Origin: Azolla caroliniana
Taxonomy: Eukaryota; Plantae; Polypodiophyta
Assembly (NCBI GenBank): GCA_043228905.1
Contig: JBHGNT010000017.1
Coordinates: 9,238,001 to 9,302,000, forward strand
DNA: 64,000 bases
Reading direction: 5' to 3'
Position 1 is the first letter of the stretch; each line of letters opens with the position of its first letter. A program made the translations under genes and the position numbers. Shown here in pieces: positions 25,965-38,353 of the stretch. Below the pieces are notes generated by a model. It was not told where the DNA came from, did not search any database, and saw only the letters and a program-made list of their open reading frames with translations.

Positions 25965-26278
25965 AATGAGAGAGAGAGAAAGATGATGACAACAGTTAAT
26001 ATATTATGTGAAAGATAAGTACAAAGTGGCTAAGAGGCTTAAGACTGGCGTTGAACCAATTTGGTTCAAAACAATGCCTTGTGCCTCCTTTTATAGTGTT
26101 TTTAGGAATAATCCTAAAGCTTCTAGAATGTTCCAGAGAGATCTGGAATATACATCAATTTTCTATGATAAAGGATAAATGAAAATTATATCCTACAAAT
26201 TACAATTCATAGTCTGATGGTAAGAGCTCGACCCATGTAGCATAAGGTCATGGGTTCGAGTCTTGCCATATCATGACA
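25755..26278 (-). repeat. 5' LTR of chromovirus A
   Basis: TG...CA, minus-strand TATAAAA at 26095; followed by non-tRNA PBS GTTTGAACCAATTT. Confidence 0.95.
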
Positions 26279-26361
26279 GCGAGCAAGGCAGGAAGATGCC
26301 AAGAGGAGCCGGAGGGAGGAACCAGCAGACACTAACACCATGATCTGAGCTTGAGGGAGAG

Positions 26362-26774
26362 TGTTGAGCGGGCACGCTCAACATGATCCGGATCAGCTGA
26401 ATAAGCCAGAGTCGGATTGGTATCCAGAAAGAAGGGCTAGATCGATGTCTGGATCTGACGGTAACCGGTAGGCCGTTAGAGATTTACGATCCTAGCCTAG
26501 TACGTAGGCATATTTCGAGGAGTCAGTGTCAGTCGCTCGGTACGAGCATTGAAGTACTTGTCAATACTTTTGTCAGTCCTTTTTAAGGAAGTCTTGTATA
26601 AAAGTGTGCACAGAGCACATTGTATGTGAAGAGTGTTTATTATTTATGAAATTGAGTTTACGTTATGCTCTCTCTGTCTCTCCCGCGTACTGTGTATTCT
26701 CAAGCTTTCCATTAAACCTTGTCTCTGTTTTCTGTTGCTATCCAGCTGAGCCGGTTTGTCTAAGCTTCCACACA
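26362..26774 (+). repeat. 3' LTR of the outer Copia (right end approximate)
   Basis: PPT TTGAGGGAGAG immediately followed by TGTTG; TATAAAA at ~26597; ends near CCACACA. Confidence 0.65.
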
Positions 26775-26914
26775 TTAACTGTCACACGTCATCAACTGCC
26801 ATGCTCCATAATCGTGCCATCTTCTGTTGTAGGTTCCCCATCTTGCGGCAATGTTCTATCGATGCCTCACCTACAAGAGCCTATGCTACCCTGTAAAATT
26901 CAGGTTAGTTGCTT

Positions 26915-27068
26915 TGTTAAGGGCATGACCATATCACGTGGTAAGTTTTATTGTAGTATTCTATACACGTGGATAAAGTGTGAGGGTTAAACAAGATTGT
27001 AAAGCAGGAAAGGATTACTTTAATCCTTGGGATTGGAACAACCCATTAGGCCAAGTGTGAACTTGTAG
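26915..27068 (+). repeat. Truncated copy of the solo-LTR family also at 43832 and 61713
   Basis: Shares GTAGTATTCTATACACGTGGATAAAGTGTGAGGGTTAAA...GTGTGAACTTG. Confidence 0.85.
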
Positions 27069-28229
27069 GCGAATGCTCTGGCGAATGCAACTGACAACTC
27101 ATTGTTGAGAAGGATCTCTTGATGTACTTTTTGGTGAAACCTCATGCAGTCCTCATACAACTTCGGTCGTACATGCTTCAACTTCACCTTACCTTCATTG
27201 GTTACTTTATAGACTGACAACCAATCTATATCACTAATCAATTTATCTGGTCAATACCCTCCAGTGACAAACCATATATTTGGTTGAAATCCTCCTTTGT
27301 CTCATAGAACTTTGTAATGTTCAGCACCCTAGGATAGGGAGGAATGAGCCACCAGAATTAAAAAATCAATACATGTTATCTCTATTAGGACATGTGTAAC
27401 TCAATCACATCTTCCCACAACCAGAATTCAACCCTAATAATTTAGAATCTGATTCTAAATAGATATTTAAGTCTACCAAAATCATAAACAACCCAAATAT
27501 GCATAGATTCTAATTTTACCAAAATCAGATATGCATGTTATCTGATTCGTAACAGATATTTATTTCAACCATACCCACAAATTTTTGGGTAGAATGTTTG
27601 TTTGCAACCCTACTATGAAATTTGTTGACAAACATTCTAATAAAAAATTTGTTGCTTCCAAAATCAACCCTAATAAAAAATTAATACAACTTGATTCTAC
27701 TCACGTCAAACCCTATTCGCATCGATTTCAGAAAAAAACGTAAACTCACTTGTTAGATTGCAACTTTCGCGACATCCTCGTTTGTGACTCCAACACTTCA
27801 CCCTAAACATAAACATATAAATCTATAATAAGACAGTTACAAAAAAAGAAATTATAAACTGGTTATATATAAGTTGCATTTGATGCATACCTTGATGAAC
27901 AAGGAATTGGTTGTGTGTTGGTGGTTTGATTGCACAATGTTAATTTTGAGCGCTTCATTTGCGCTCATAATTGAAGTGCGCCATTTTATTTGAATTTTGG
28001 TGTAAAACTTAAGATTGGAAGGACTTTTGTGACATTAAAGTCGTGTTTACATGAGTGCACTATTCCCCATGTTCCACTATGTGTGTGATCCCAAATTCAA
28101 AATTTAGAGTATTCCTATGTTTTCCTCACCATAGTAAATCATATTTATTTAATTTATAAATCAAACAAATTTAGGTAAACAAATAACTAAATAGTTGTGG
28201 CCATTTCAGCTACAGGTTAACTATAATAG

Positions 28230-29340
28230 TGTTTCCATTCCCATGCTTTCACCCTTTGTTCCTTGTCCTATTAGTTCTTGAAGATATTGACTCTCTTCCT
28301 TGCTATGGTAGAACCACTATCGTCTCATCTAATTTAGCAAGGTGGTAAGTAGCAATGTCATTCAAGTGGGTTACTATGTACAACCCAAACCATTGCCTTG
28401 TAAACTTCCTCATTGAATTATGTTGGTTGCTTTAGGTCCTTTCAAAGCATTTCAAGTTTTCTTTTTCACTTTGTCAATAGGTCATCTCGACTCATTTAAA
28501 CATCCCTTGGCATTGCCACCCATGATGTGAACGACTCTTCCATAGGCATTACATGCTTTTGGCCATACATGAGCTTGGTTGAGATCAATCCCGTCACGGA
28601 GCTATTGGTGCTCCTATCTACCCACAAGGCATAAGGTAGAAGTTAATGCCAATCTGCAACTTTCCGTGCACATGCTCTAACAATCGCCTTGACTATAGAG
28701 CTATGTCCTCGTTCTATCTTCCCATTGCCCTTTGGGTTGTACACAATTGTAAGGGAAAGTTTAACTCCTCGAAGGTTGAATAGTTACCTAGCGTCATTGG
28801 CACTTAATTCCCCTTTGTTCGCGACAATCTCCCTGACACACCCATATTGACATATAACATCTTCCAAGAGAAGTTTGCACACCATTGCAATGATCTTATT
28901 TCATTGAGCTCTTTTTTCTACCTGGTTTGCGAGATCTTCCCTTGTAAGAATTAGGTACTTCATTTGGCATAGCCATTAAGTCCACCATCCATTTGAAATA
29001 CATTGCCAATGGGTAAGTTGGGTGTAATTCATCTCTGTGTCACATCTGAGTGCATTTGGTAGCTTTCACATGTTTCAACAAAGTGTGCAACATCTTTGTA
29101 CATTTCTAGCCACTAGTACATCCTTTTTAGTTTTGAGAAAGTCTCACAAATTCCTTTGTGTCCTTCACAAGAACTTTCGTGATATTCAAACTTCAAAGTT
29201 CTCTGTTCTTCCTTGCAAACTAATCTCAACAGTGTGTCCAACCTCTTCTTGGGTTGCTTCCAAAGGTGTCCTCCTTGCAAGAAGTATTTGTATACCTTCT
29301 TCCAAATCCATTATTAACTCAACACATCAACACAAAATAA
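28230..29340 (-). pseudogene. Highly decayed Gypsy-type integrase remnant
   Basis: Minus-strand fragments such as EDVICQYGCVREIVANKGEL and DSSVTGL resemble an rve core; many stops. Confidence 0.55.
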
Positions 29341-29751
29341 TTGAGACTCTCAAATGTTACTTCTAGCTACAATTACACATGTGTATCAAAAAAATTGCCA
29401 TGGAAAGAGTTTATTAATAAAAAAGTTGGTTACAGAACCCTAGAAATGTGAAATATTAACATTGAATGGTACAAATCTTTGTTATTGTTCATAGTACATA
29501 CAATATAACATTATGCATATGTTGTTTATTGTCTTAATAGCATTAAGAAAAACTTCTATGCTAGAGATCGATCCATTTAGTTACACCTAAGTGCAATGTT
29601 ATAGAGATATGTTGTTTTGAAGTACTAATTTTCTCTCTATCATTTTACAAAGGTTTTAAAACAAGGTGAGCATTGACAACTCTCGTATTACATGGGTTAC
29701 AATTGTCTTTATTTATTTGCAAATCAAGTGAAATGAATAGAATTTTTATTG

Positions 29752-31991
29752 TTACACGCTAGCCGTAACAGGTGACTTTAACAACTCGAGGATTTTGTCA
29801 TCTAACTCAAATTTGATGTCTTTCTTATCCCGTCCAATGGCAACATACTCTTCAAACCTTTCCTTGAGGTCCTCTGGGAGGTTAGTGCTACTCTTCCACC
29901 CGAGTTTCTCTTTGGCCGCCCTTGGTTCGGCATAGAAATGCTGCCCAAACCACATCAATTGGTGAGATCATGTGAAAAAATGATCAACATTAAGTTTTCA
30001 GTTTTTAATATCAGCGACCTCATGAGTCATGATCCCCGAGGAGTTCGCTTAATCATAATAATAATAAACATTTACGGAGATGATTATACATATGTTACCA
30101 TGTTGCGGAATGGGAATGCTTTTTTGGCATCGATCCCAATAGCTTTGGGATCATAGTATACAATCTCAGCCTCCTTGCCAGCAGCCGCAGCACAAAGTTT
30201 CACTAACCCAATGAATGTAACTCCTCGGTCGCTCACGGCATTGAAGGTAGTTCCATTTGCGGCATCCGGTTTCGATATCGCTAGAGTTATCATACTTGAT
30301 AAGTCCTTTACATGAGAGATGTTGGTAACTTGTATACCTGGGGTGGGTATAGGAACTGGTCTCCCTCTGACAATACCTATTAAAGCCCATTTGATCAACG
30401 AGAAAAGAAATTATGTCCATGTCACATTCAATGGGGCATTGCAGATATTAACTAATTGAATAGGGAAAGGGTATGTTATACCTCATGTATTTCTGTTTTT
30501 TTTAATCCATTAATGTATAGTTAAGCATATGCTCCGGACAACTACTGAGCATTAATTGAATTAGAATGACAAATGACCTAGCAGAAACTTACGGTCGAAG
30601 AACCACTCTTCGCAATCTTTGTTGTTGCCGGATCCGATCATATACTGGGGCCGGAATGAGGCCCAGCTTGGAAAGGAAAGACTTGAGATGTATTCCTCAA
30701 CTACTACATGTCCAGCATCTGACTTCACAGCATCCTGGGAACCCAAATGATGAATTATAAGACATCATGAATCAAAGGATAAACTTGGTCTATTCATTTG
30801 AATCATAATCTTTGTAACATATTAACATGCAACACTTCGACATGACATGACACATGATACATATACATGACATGTCCCATATAATATACATGCACAAACC
30901 ATATACTACCACCTGGCTGACATATACACATACAAATATACAGAGACACGTATGTATATACATACATACATACATACATACATACAGATATTTTTGTATA
31001 TAAAGCAATGCAAGACATTGATTAGCAAAACATGTGTATAAATGTGAACACTGCACATACCCCTTCTACATGTGGGGGTTCAGTACTTGTCTTATAGATA
31101 CCAGCACTGCTTATAAAGAGGAACTGTTTGGCACCATTGGCTTTGGCCCAATCTGCAACAGGCCTGCAGCAAAAACAAACACAAAGCATCAATGCTATCC
31201 TAACGCGAATAATCCAACCAAACGAAACACGACACCCTTTTTTATATAATGATTTTGCTTGAATTCCGAAAGAGAAATGTGGCACATACTTCACTGCATC
31301 TATGTCTTTCCCATTGTTGTCAAGAACGACATCATATGAAGCAGACCCGAGCACAGCACCAATGTCAGATGGGCTACCCCACACAGTCGTAGCTCCAGCA
31401 TCTCGGAGCTCCTATATACATACACATATATATATATATATCACACAAATTCACGAGGAGTACTCTTTCAATTTATGTCGTCCATTATCCAAATATGGGT
31501 TCATAACTTGGAAGCCATTTAATAACCATTGGCAATATAAGACCACATTTTTCCTGAGGAACAAAGAGGGGGATTCAGTGTATACTCACAGAGAAGCGAG
31601 AGAAGGGAGGTTTCTTCATCTTGTCTGAGGATTCTTCACCAACGGTGAAGATGGTGACTTTGTGGCCAAGGGAGAGGAGCTCCTTAACGAGCCAAAACCC
31701 GATTACAGAATGACCGCCACTGTTGGTGTTTACGATTAGAACCTTCTGAGAGCTGGCTCTGACAGAAACGCCATTTGAACCAGAAAGTGCCTTCCGTGAT
31801 CCTGTGCGTTTGGGATAAAAACTGAGGGAAGGAGAAGACGAGGAGGAGATGAGGAGAGAGTTCGATGCAAGGAAGCCATAGCTGCAGCTGCTTGGCCTTC
31901 CTAATGCGAGTGAGGGAGAAACAGAAGCAGGGTGAGAATGAGAATGCAGTCCAGTTGAGGTAACGGTAGTCGCTGCCTGGAGGGCCATCAT
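29752..31991 (-). CDS. CSP41a: Chloroplast stem-loop binding protein of 41 kDa a (atypical SDR/epimerase fold); exons 31991-31590, 31411-31290, 31163-31061, 30734-30593, 30376-30099, 29940-29752
   Basis: Ser-rich transit peptide, then [84 protein letters not shown]. All introns are GT-AG and phases are consistent. Confidence 0.96.
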
Positions 31992-32179
31992 GGCTTCTGC
32001 TTCTTCTTCTGCTGCTGCTTCTTCTTCTTCAGAGACCTACCTTTACCTTACCTGGAGAGTGATTCTGATCTCTTCAGTTTCTGTTTCTCTGTTTATATGC
32101 TCTAGTAGTCTTTCTTAGCTTCTCATCTTCAATCTCATCCACATTATTTCTCTACATCCCATTTGGCTCCTTCCTAGTA

Positions 32180-32212
<33 letters not shown>

Positions 32213-32479
32213 AATAACTAGAGAGAGAGAGAGAGAGAGAGAGAGATTGAAGCATGATGGATTTTGGTGCATGGGAAAAACAAAGGAAGTCTTCTAAAAT
32301 GCATGGTAGTGGCCATTACTAAGCGTCTATATTCCTCCTCTAAAGAATTGACATTCTGTATGCGGCCAGCAATTGGTAAGGTCATGGCAAGATGCATTAT
32401 CTTTTTTTTGAGTGGGCATCGTCAAGTGATCGAGAATTTTGTAATTTGTTACAAAATGAATTGCTCGTTTCTTCTCGAG

Positions 32480-33420
32480 TGTTGTCTTAGTATAGAACAG
32501 AAGAGAAGCTGAGATCTCAATTCAATCGTTTATTTAGATTGGGGGTTGTACATTTGAGAGAAGATGTGGTTGATAATGAATCTCAAAGGTTGTCAAAATT
32601 TGAAGATGCCAAACGATGGTTATGTATCACAGATTTATTTGAGAGAAATTACAAGATATAACATTGTCGCATAGATTGGTGGTTACAAGATGGTACACAA
32701 TTGGTACAAGTCACTACAAATATATTGTATCATCATACAATGGCATCATTATCTTCGCCATCTCCTAAAGCAGGAAAGGTGTGGAATGTATGTAAGTCGG
32801 ATGCAAGGTGGTGGGCAAATATTACAATGTGGTTGGTATTCCCATTTGCCATTCCATGCAAAGGTATTCATATAGAGAGTCATAATTGGTGGGCTCTCAT
32901 TAGGTTCAGCCTTAAAGAGACGAAGACTAGGGTTTGGCACTTGTTTCTTTTGCACCATGCCATTGGAGGACAATACACATAAGTTCATTAAATGTCCTAT
33001 AGCGTGTATCATTTGGAAGTACTTATAAGACGTTTGACAAGTTTTAACTCATTGTTATTTGAGACCTCAACAATGGGTTTTTCATAGTATGTTCAAAATG
33101 GTCCAAACAACAAGATGGAGATATTGTTCCAAATTTTATGATATTGGGTACTACAACACAATTGGAATATGCGTAATGCTTTCATGTTTGATGGTAGACA
33201 TGGAGTGAAAGCCTATATGAAAAAGTTGAAAGGTATTCTTATGTGGAATTTCTGGATGTTGAGGCATGTGGGAAACATTTCCTCAAATGCATATTCAAGT
33301 TTTCCAATGGCCTTACAAGACGTTCCTCTCCCTACAAAGGATAGAATATATAGGTAGAGGACACTAAGGAGTGTTGTAACAAGTGGATTTTACATACAAT
33401 TAATATAATTGTGTGCTTTT

Positions 33421-33469
<49 letters not shown>

Positions 33470-34640
33470 CTAGATGGATGTAGCTCAGTGGGTAAGGTTG
33501 CCCGATGGAGACCAAGAGGTCAATGGGGTATCTAGTAATGGAGAAATGTAGAGGTAAGGTAATTGGGTTTGAAACCCAAGACATAGTGTTAACAGTGTAA
33601 CAACTTACCACTAGGGTATGATAATTACAATAACAATGAGGTCAAATGGATGTAAAAAATACTTAATTAAATGGTAACCTAAATGAAGCTATCTACACAA
33701 ACAACCATAAGGATACATATCTAATCATATGCAAGCTAAAGAAATTTTTAGATGGATTGAGATGAACACCACATGCTTGATGTGACAAATTTACAAAGCA
33801 TTTATGTGAGTGTTAAGCAAAGTATAGCAAGTGTGCATATGTTTACAAAAATTAATTCAAGAGAAGTAACAATAATTGTAATTTATGTTGATGATCTCAT
33901 GATTACAAGAACTCGTTAAACCACGAATGGAAACAAATGCAAAACTTAAAGGAAAAAGAAAGATGCTTGATGCATGATGAAAGATATATCGACAAATGGT
34001 TAGAACGTTGATTTATCTTATCATTTCAAGACTAGATATTGCATATGATGTTAGTATTTTCAACAAATTCATGCAAGCACTTAAGCATGCACACATGGTT
34101 GCAATTAAGGAGATATTTTGATATATCAAAGACATGATAAACTTTGGATTAATTTATACTAACAATAAATTTTCTCTTGAGTTACATTGTGATGTAGATT
34201 GGGCATGAGACAAAGCGTCAAGAAAGAGCACAAGTGGAATGAGAGTATTCATTTGGTTGTGCAACATTATCATGGATGTCAAAGAAACTATCAACAATTG
34301 CTTTAAGCACAAATTGATATATAGAGCTACTACCCAAATCACTTGTGAGGTTGTATGGATGGAGATGATGCTCAATGAGCTTGGAGTTAATAGATAAAGG
34401 CTCATCCAAATATTTTGTGATAGCATATAAGCTCTATTAGGTTGGCAAAAAAAACAAGTTTTTCATACTAAGATCAAACATATATAAGTTCACTTACTCA
34501 TTATATTAGTGAAAAGGTGATTGTTGGGGTCTCAAAAATATAAGACCATTTGGCAAATATTTGACAAAAGCTATTCAAAAAAATAATTTCCAAAAGTTAT
34601 GACTCCATGTTATAAATATGTGTTATATGGGGGATTTGGA
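32480..34640 (+). pseudogene. Old, heavily decayed Copia pol remnant
   Basis: Recognisable pieces IYVDDLMITR (33882), DVDWA, SWMSKKLSTIALS, KIKHI; PPT-like GGGGGA near 34628. Confidence 0.65.
33477..33590 (+). mobile_element. Possible degenerate tRNA-derived SINE-like sequence
   Basis: TAGCTCAGTGGGTAAGG A-box at 33481 and GGGTTTGAAACC B-box-like motif at ~33565, next to (GA)n. Confidence 0.4.
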
Positions 34641-34751
34641 ATAAAACATACAAGATAAGTAGAAAAGAATTATATTTGTGTTGCTTCCATGTACCTCATG
34701 GAAATGTCTCTATAAATCGATGGAGTTTTGCCTCCCATCAATGTTGTTACC

Positions 34752-37540
34752 AGACCTGCGTATACCCGTTTGGTGGCGAATCGGGCCAAAGTGGTTGTCA
34801 AGCACCTTTGATCGATTAGCTTGCTTAGCTTTTACCTATTAGTACTTAATATCTCTCTCTCTCTCTCAAACATGAGTAGGGATTGCACCCTTGCATGGAA
34901 GAGACTACGAGAACCGCAACCACAAACACCCATCGAGGATCCCAATATTTGGCACACATATATCGAGAGACTCTACTATGTCCCGAACCAACCACCCATT
35001 CCATTGCCTTCCACACGCCGACCTACCATGGGGACACTTTTCACGACCTCTAGGGTCAGGTCATAAAAAAATTACAACATAGGAAATCCATGCACCACAC
35101 AAGATTGCGAGCCAAGCACATCATGTATGCTCAAGAGTGCCTAACCCCCCCTTTCTCACTCTAATCTTCAACCACGCCCTCGCCGAGGGTTTTCCACCAC
35201 AATGGACCATGAACACAGTGGCCCCTATACATTAAGGAGGGGACCCAATGGACCCAAATACATATAGGACCATTATGATGAGTCATATGCTCGCTAAACT
35301 ATATGGTGCGGTAATGGAAGTGGAGCTCAACGATTATATGGAAACATTAAGTTTTCGAGCACTTGAGCAGGCTGGCTTTAGACAAGCCTTCTCCACTACT
35401 GACCATATCTTCACACTTAGGTGCTTAATTGACCAGATGAAGGCTCGTAAGAAGAAACTATATTGTTGCTTTGTGGACTTCCGCAAAGCCTTTGACACAA
35501 TTCCTAGGGAGAAGTTGTTTGATAGACTTAAGAGCTTGGAGATACCAAATGACATGATTTGGGCCATTTATGCCCTATATGAGCAAGTCTCTAGGTGCGT
35601 AAGATGCCCAAGTGGCATATCTAATTATTTCACTAGCACCATTGGTGTAAAACAAGGTTGCCCCCTATCATCGACTCATTTTGGGATCTACATTGATGAG
35701 ATCACTGATTTTATTGCTCGTAAGGGAGGCAAGGGAGTAGCTATTGGGGATACGCAAGTTAGTCTCTTACTCTACGCAGACGACATTGTCTTGCTCTTGG
35801 GGTTGGAACGCGACCTACAAAAGCATCTTAATGCCCTAGATGACTTTTGTACACAACGAGGACTGGTAGTGAATCTAGCGAAAACTAAAGTCCTTATCTT
35901 TCATACATCGTCCCGAGTTAGGAGTAAATGTCACCTAATCCTCTCTCATAAACTAGTTGGGGTAGTTGGATCATATGTATACTTGGGAGTCACTTTTAGT
36001 GCTCGCTCAGGGAAATTCTTGATGACCCAGGTAGCCAAAGATACGCTAACGAGAGGGTATGCATCCCTCTCACTCTTAGCAAGACAATGCCACCAGGTAT
36101 ACTTTCAAGAGCCACGGACTAAGGGATGGCACTTCGACTCATTAGTGACCCCTTCCCTCATGTATGCATCAGTACTATGGGCTCCAGGTCTACCATCTTT
36201 CATGTGGACGCAATTAGAGAGACCTTCGGTGACGATGTTATCACGTCAACTTCGAAGCAAATTGACGGTACCACATGACATTATTAGAGCAGAGTTCAGT
36301 TTGCCCCAATGTTAGTAGAAGCATTATTTTAAGTGGTAATTTTTATTCATCGAATACATAGCCAACCACAAGATAGGATATCTCGTCGAGCCTTTGAGGT
36401 ATCCGGATCCCTACATGCATCTAGAGACACTAGCTCTTGGTATAGCAATTTGGTGAGTTGGTTACTTGCAAACGGCATAGACATTAATAACCTACCCCCC
36501 CTTAAGTACAACCATGGGACTGATCAAACTCTAATATATCATGAAGATTGTAATAAAGTGATACACCAAGAAATATGGCAAATTTACACTCGATATAAAT
36601 GGATCACCCCACGAGAGTCACTCCCATCTAAAATGTTGTACTATAAGGAACACTTCTTGCACTTCTCTCAGTTAGGTTTTATTACACGCCCAAGATATCT
36701 AAATACATTTGATCAAATGCACTAAGGGTGGCCATTGGACAACTTAGGATATCATCTCACCAACTTGAGATTGAGAATGGTTGGGCTAATAGAGTCCCTA
36801 GAGAGGAAAGGCTATGTAGGTTGTGCCACATAGAGATGGAGAATGAGTATCACTTCACATGCAAGTGCCCAACTGATGCCGAGATATGAGTGGAATATCA
36901 AGACATATTAGGACCCTCTCCCACCCTCTCCAAACTATTAGATACCCCGGATGTAAAGAGACTAGGTAGGTATATCTTAGAGCTAAAACAACATAGGGAG
37001 AATAAATTACAAAGTGTTAACCATAACCCTTTTACTATTCACCAACTTGTAACTAGTGTAATTTTTCAGGAACAAGGGGAGTTGATGAATATGGATACAC
37101 TTACGCCGCTCGGCCTCTCTCTTGAGGATGCCGAAATGCAAAGAACAACCAAACGCCCTCGGATGTTGGGCTTCAAAACAAGTTGACACGGAGTAGAAAG
37201 GATTAAGAAGATAAGGGAATGTGAGCTACATCGACTAGAAGCTATGGTTGGGGTACCTTTTACATTGGGGCCACGGGCCACATCCACATCGAAACCCTTT
37301 GATCTCCCGCTTCTCTTCGAGAGACTTGGATGGAAACGAAATTAGGCATAGTATAACATCATTTTCATTGTAGAACATGTTTGTTATTTTACTAGACCTA
37401 TTTAGCTTAAAACGCTATTTTTATTTTTATTTTTTACTTTCGATGAATGGGTAAATATCCCATTTTTTGTTGTAAAACATTTGTCTCATGGGCCAAATTT
37501 GGCCTTAGAAGACATTAATATATCTTTCTTTCTTTCTTTT
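34752..37540 (+). mobile_element. Non-LTR (LINE, RTE-like) retroelement: RT + C-terminal CCHC, no ORF1/endonuclease visible
   Basis: NTYRTI, QAGFR, CFVDFRKAFD, GVKQGCPLS, LLYADD, YVYLGV, RLCRLCH..EYHFTCKC; 3' (TTTC)n tail at ~37524. Confidence 0.85.
35248..36315 (+). pseudogene. LINE reverse transcriptase domain
   Basis: 355-aa ORF with non-LTR RT motifs including YADD; flanked by stops/frameshifts. Confidence 0.9.
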
Positions 37541-38298
37541 TCAGAGTCTCTCTTCTTGCTTTACTTTTTCTTACACAAAGAAGAAATATTATTATTAACA
37601 CCACTTCTTAATACAAGGAGGTTTAGCACCATACAAGAGGAAGAGATTAGGGTTTGGTTTACTTAGCTCTTAACCCTAAGCCCTCTTAACTCTAATGAAG
37701 GATTAAGGAGATAGAAGAGGAGTGTACTAATAGAAAGAAGAAATCTCAAGAATGAAGAAGAGCTACAAAAGTCACCAAAAGGCGACTTTTTTAGCCTATT
37801 ACAAGGCAAGTGTTTCCCATGTACACTAGGTTGCCCATTGGCCTACATTGTTTCCTCATCAATATGTTCTATCCCTATTTGTCCTAAGGTTTGTTGAGCT
37901 CAATGTCTCTTGTTGGTGCCACAATTGGTGTGCCAAGTGCTAGATATTTAACATCACCCTTCAAGTTGTCGAATGGAGTCTTGATCCGAGTTATTTGTAT
38001 AAGGGCACCATCAAGTTGGACTTTGGGTACCCATTTGGCACATGTTTATACTGTATCATTGTTGGGGGGTGTTCCCGTTTCTTATCATTGTTGGGGGGGT
38101 GTTCCCGTTTCTTCGTTAGGTGCAGTTGTGTGGGGATCCTTAGATTATTATTATTTTGGGTAGCAAAGAAGTGGGGTATCCATTCATTGTTGTTAGTGTA
38201 TTGTATAGTGTGGAAGGTTTGTGTTGGAGGAACTCAGATTTGGCGGGTGGAGTGAGGCATCTCCGTCTTTGTTTGTTGGGGGAAGAAGCTATACATAC

Positions 38299-38353
<55 letters not shown>

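Larger units (their letters stand above)
10628..26278 (-). mobile_element. Chromovirus (Tcn1-like Ty3/Gypsy) LTR retrotransposon A, with nested insertions
   Basis: LTRs 10628-11123 and 25755-26278 (TG...CA), 5-bp TSD GCGAG (10623-10627/26279-26283), PPT next to the left LTR. Gag 24534-25742, RT/RH 23382-24500, integrase 11808-12353, chromodomain 11198-11728. Confidence 0.95.

Noticed and set aside
26205-26275. Functional tRNA gene
   Set aside because: Boxes are present but acceptor, anticodon and T stems do not pair properly; reported as a tRNA-like cassette only.
30790-31056. Small Cys/Met/Tyr/Val-rich ORFs (also 38156-38422, 51689-51982)
   Set aside because: They are translations of (TATG)n/(TA)n microsatellites in introns or UTRs.
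37600-37970. TRIM-like mini-element (PBS-like TGGTGCTAAAC and PPT-like TTGAAGGGTGA on the minus strand)
   Set aside because: No paired LTRs or TSD could be identified; too weak to call.
38212-38236. miR395-like sequence (TGTTGGAGGAACTC)
   Set aside because: Only a partial match and no complementary arm found.
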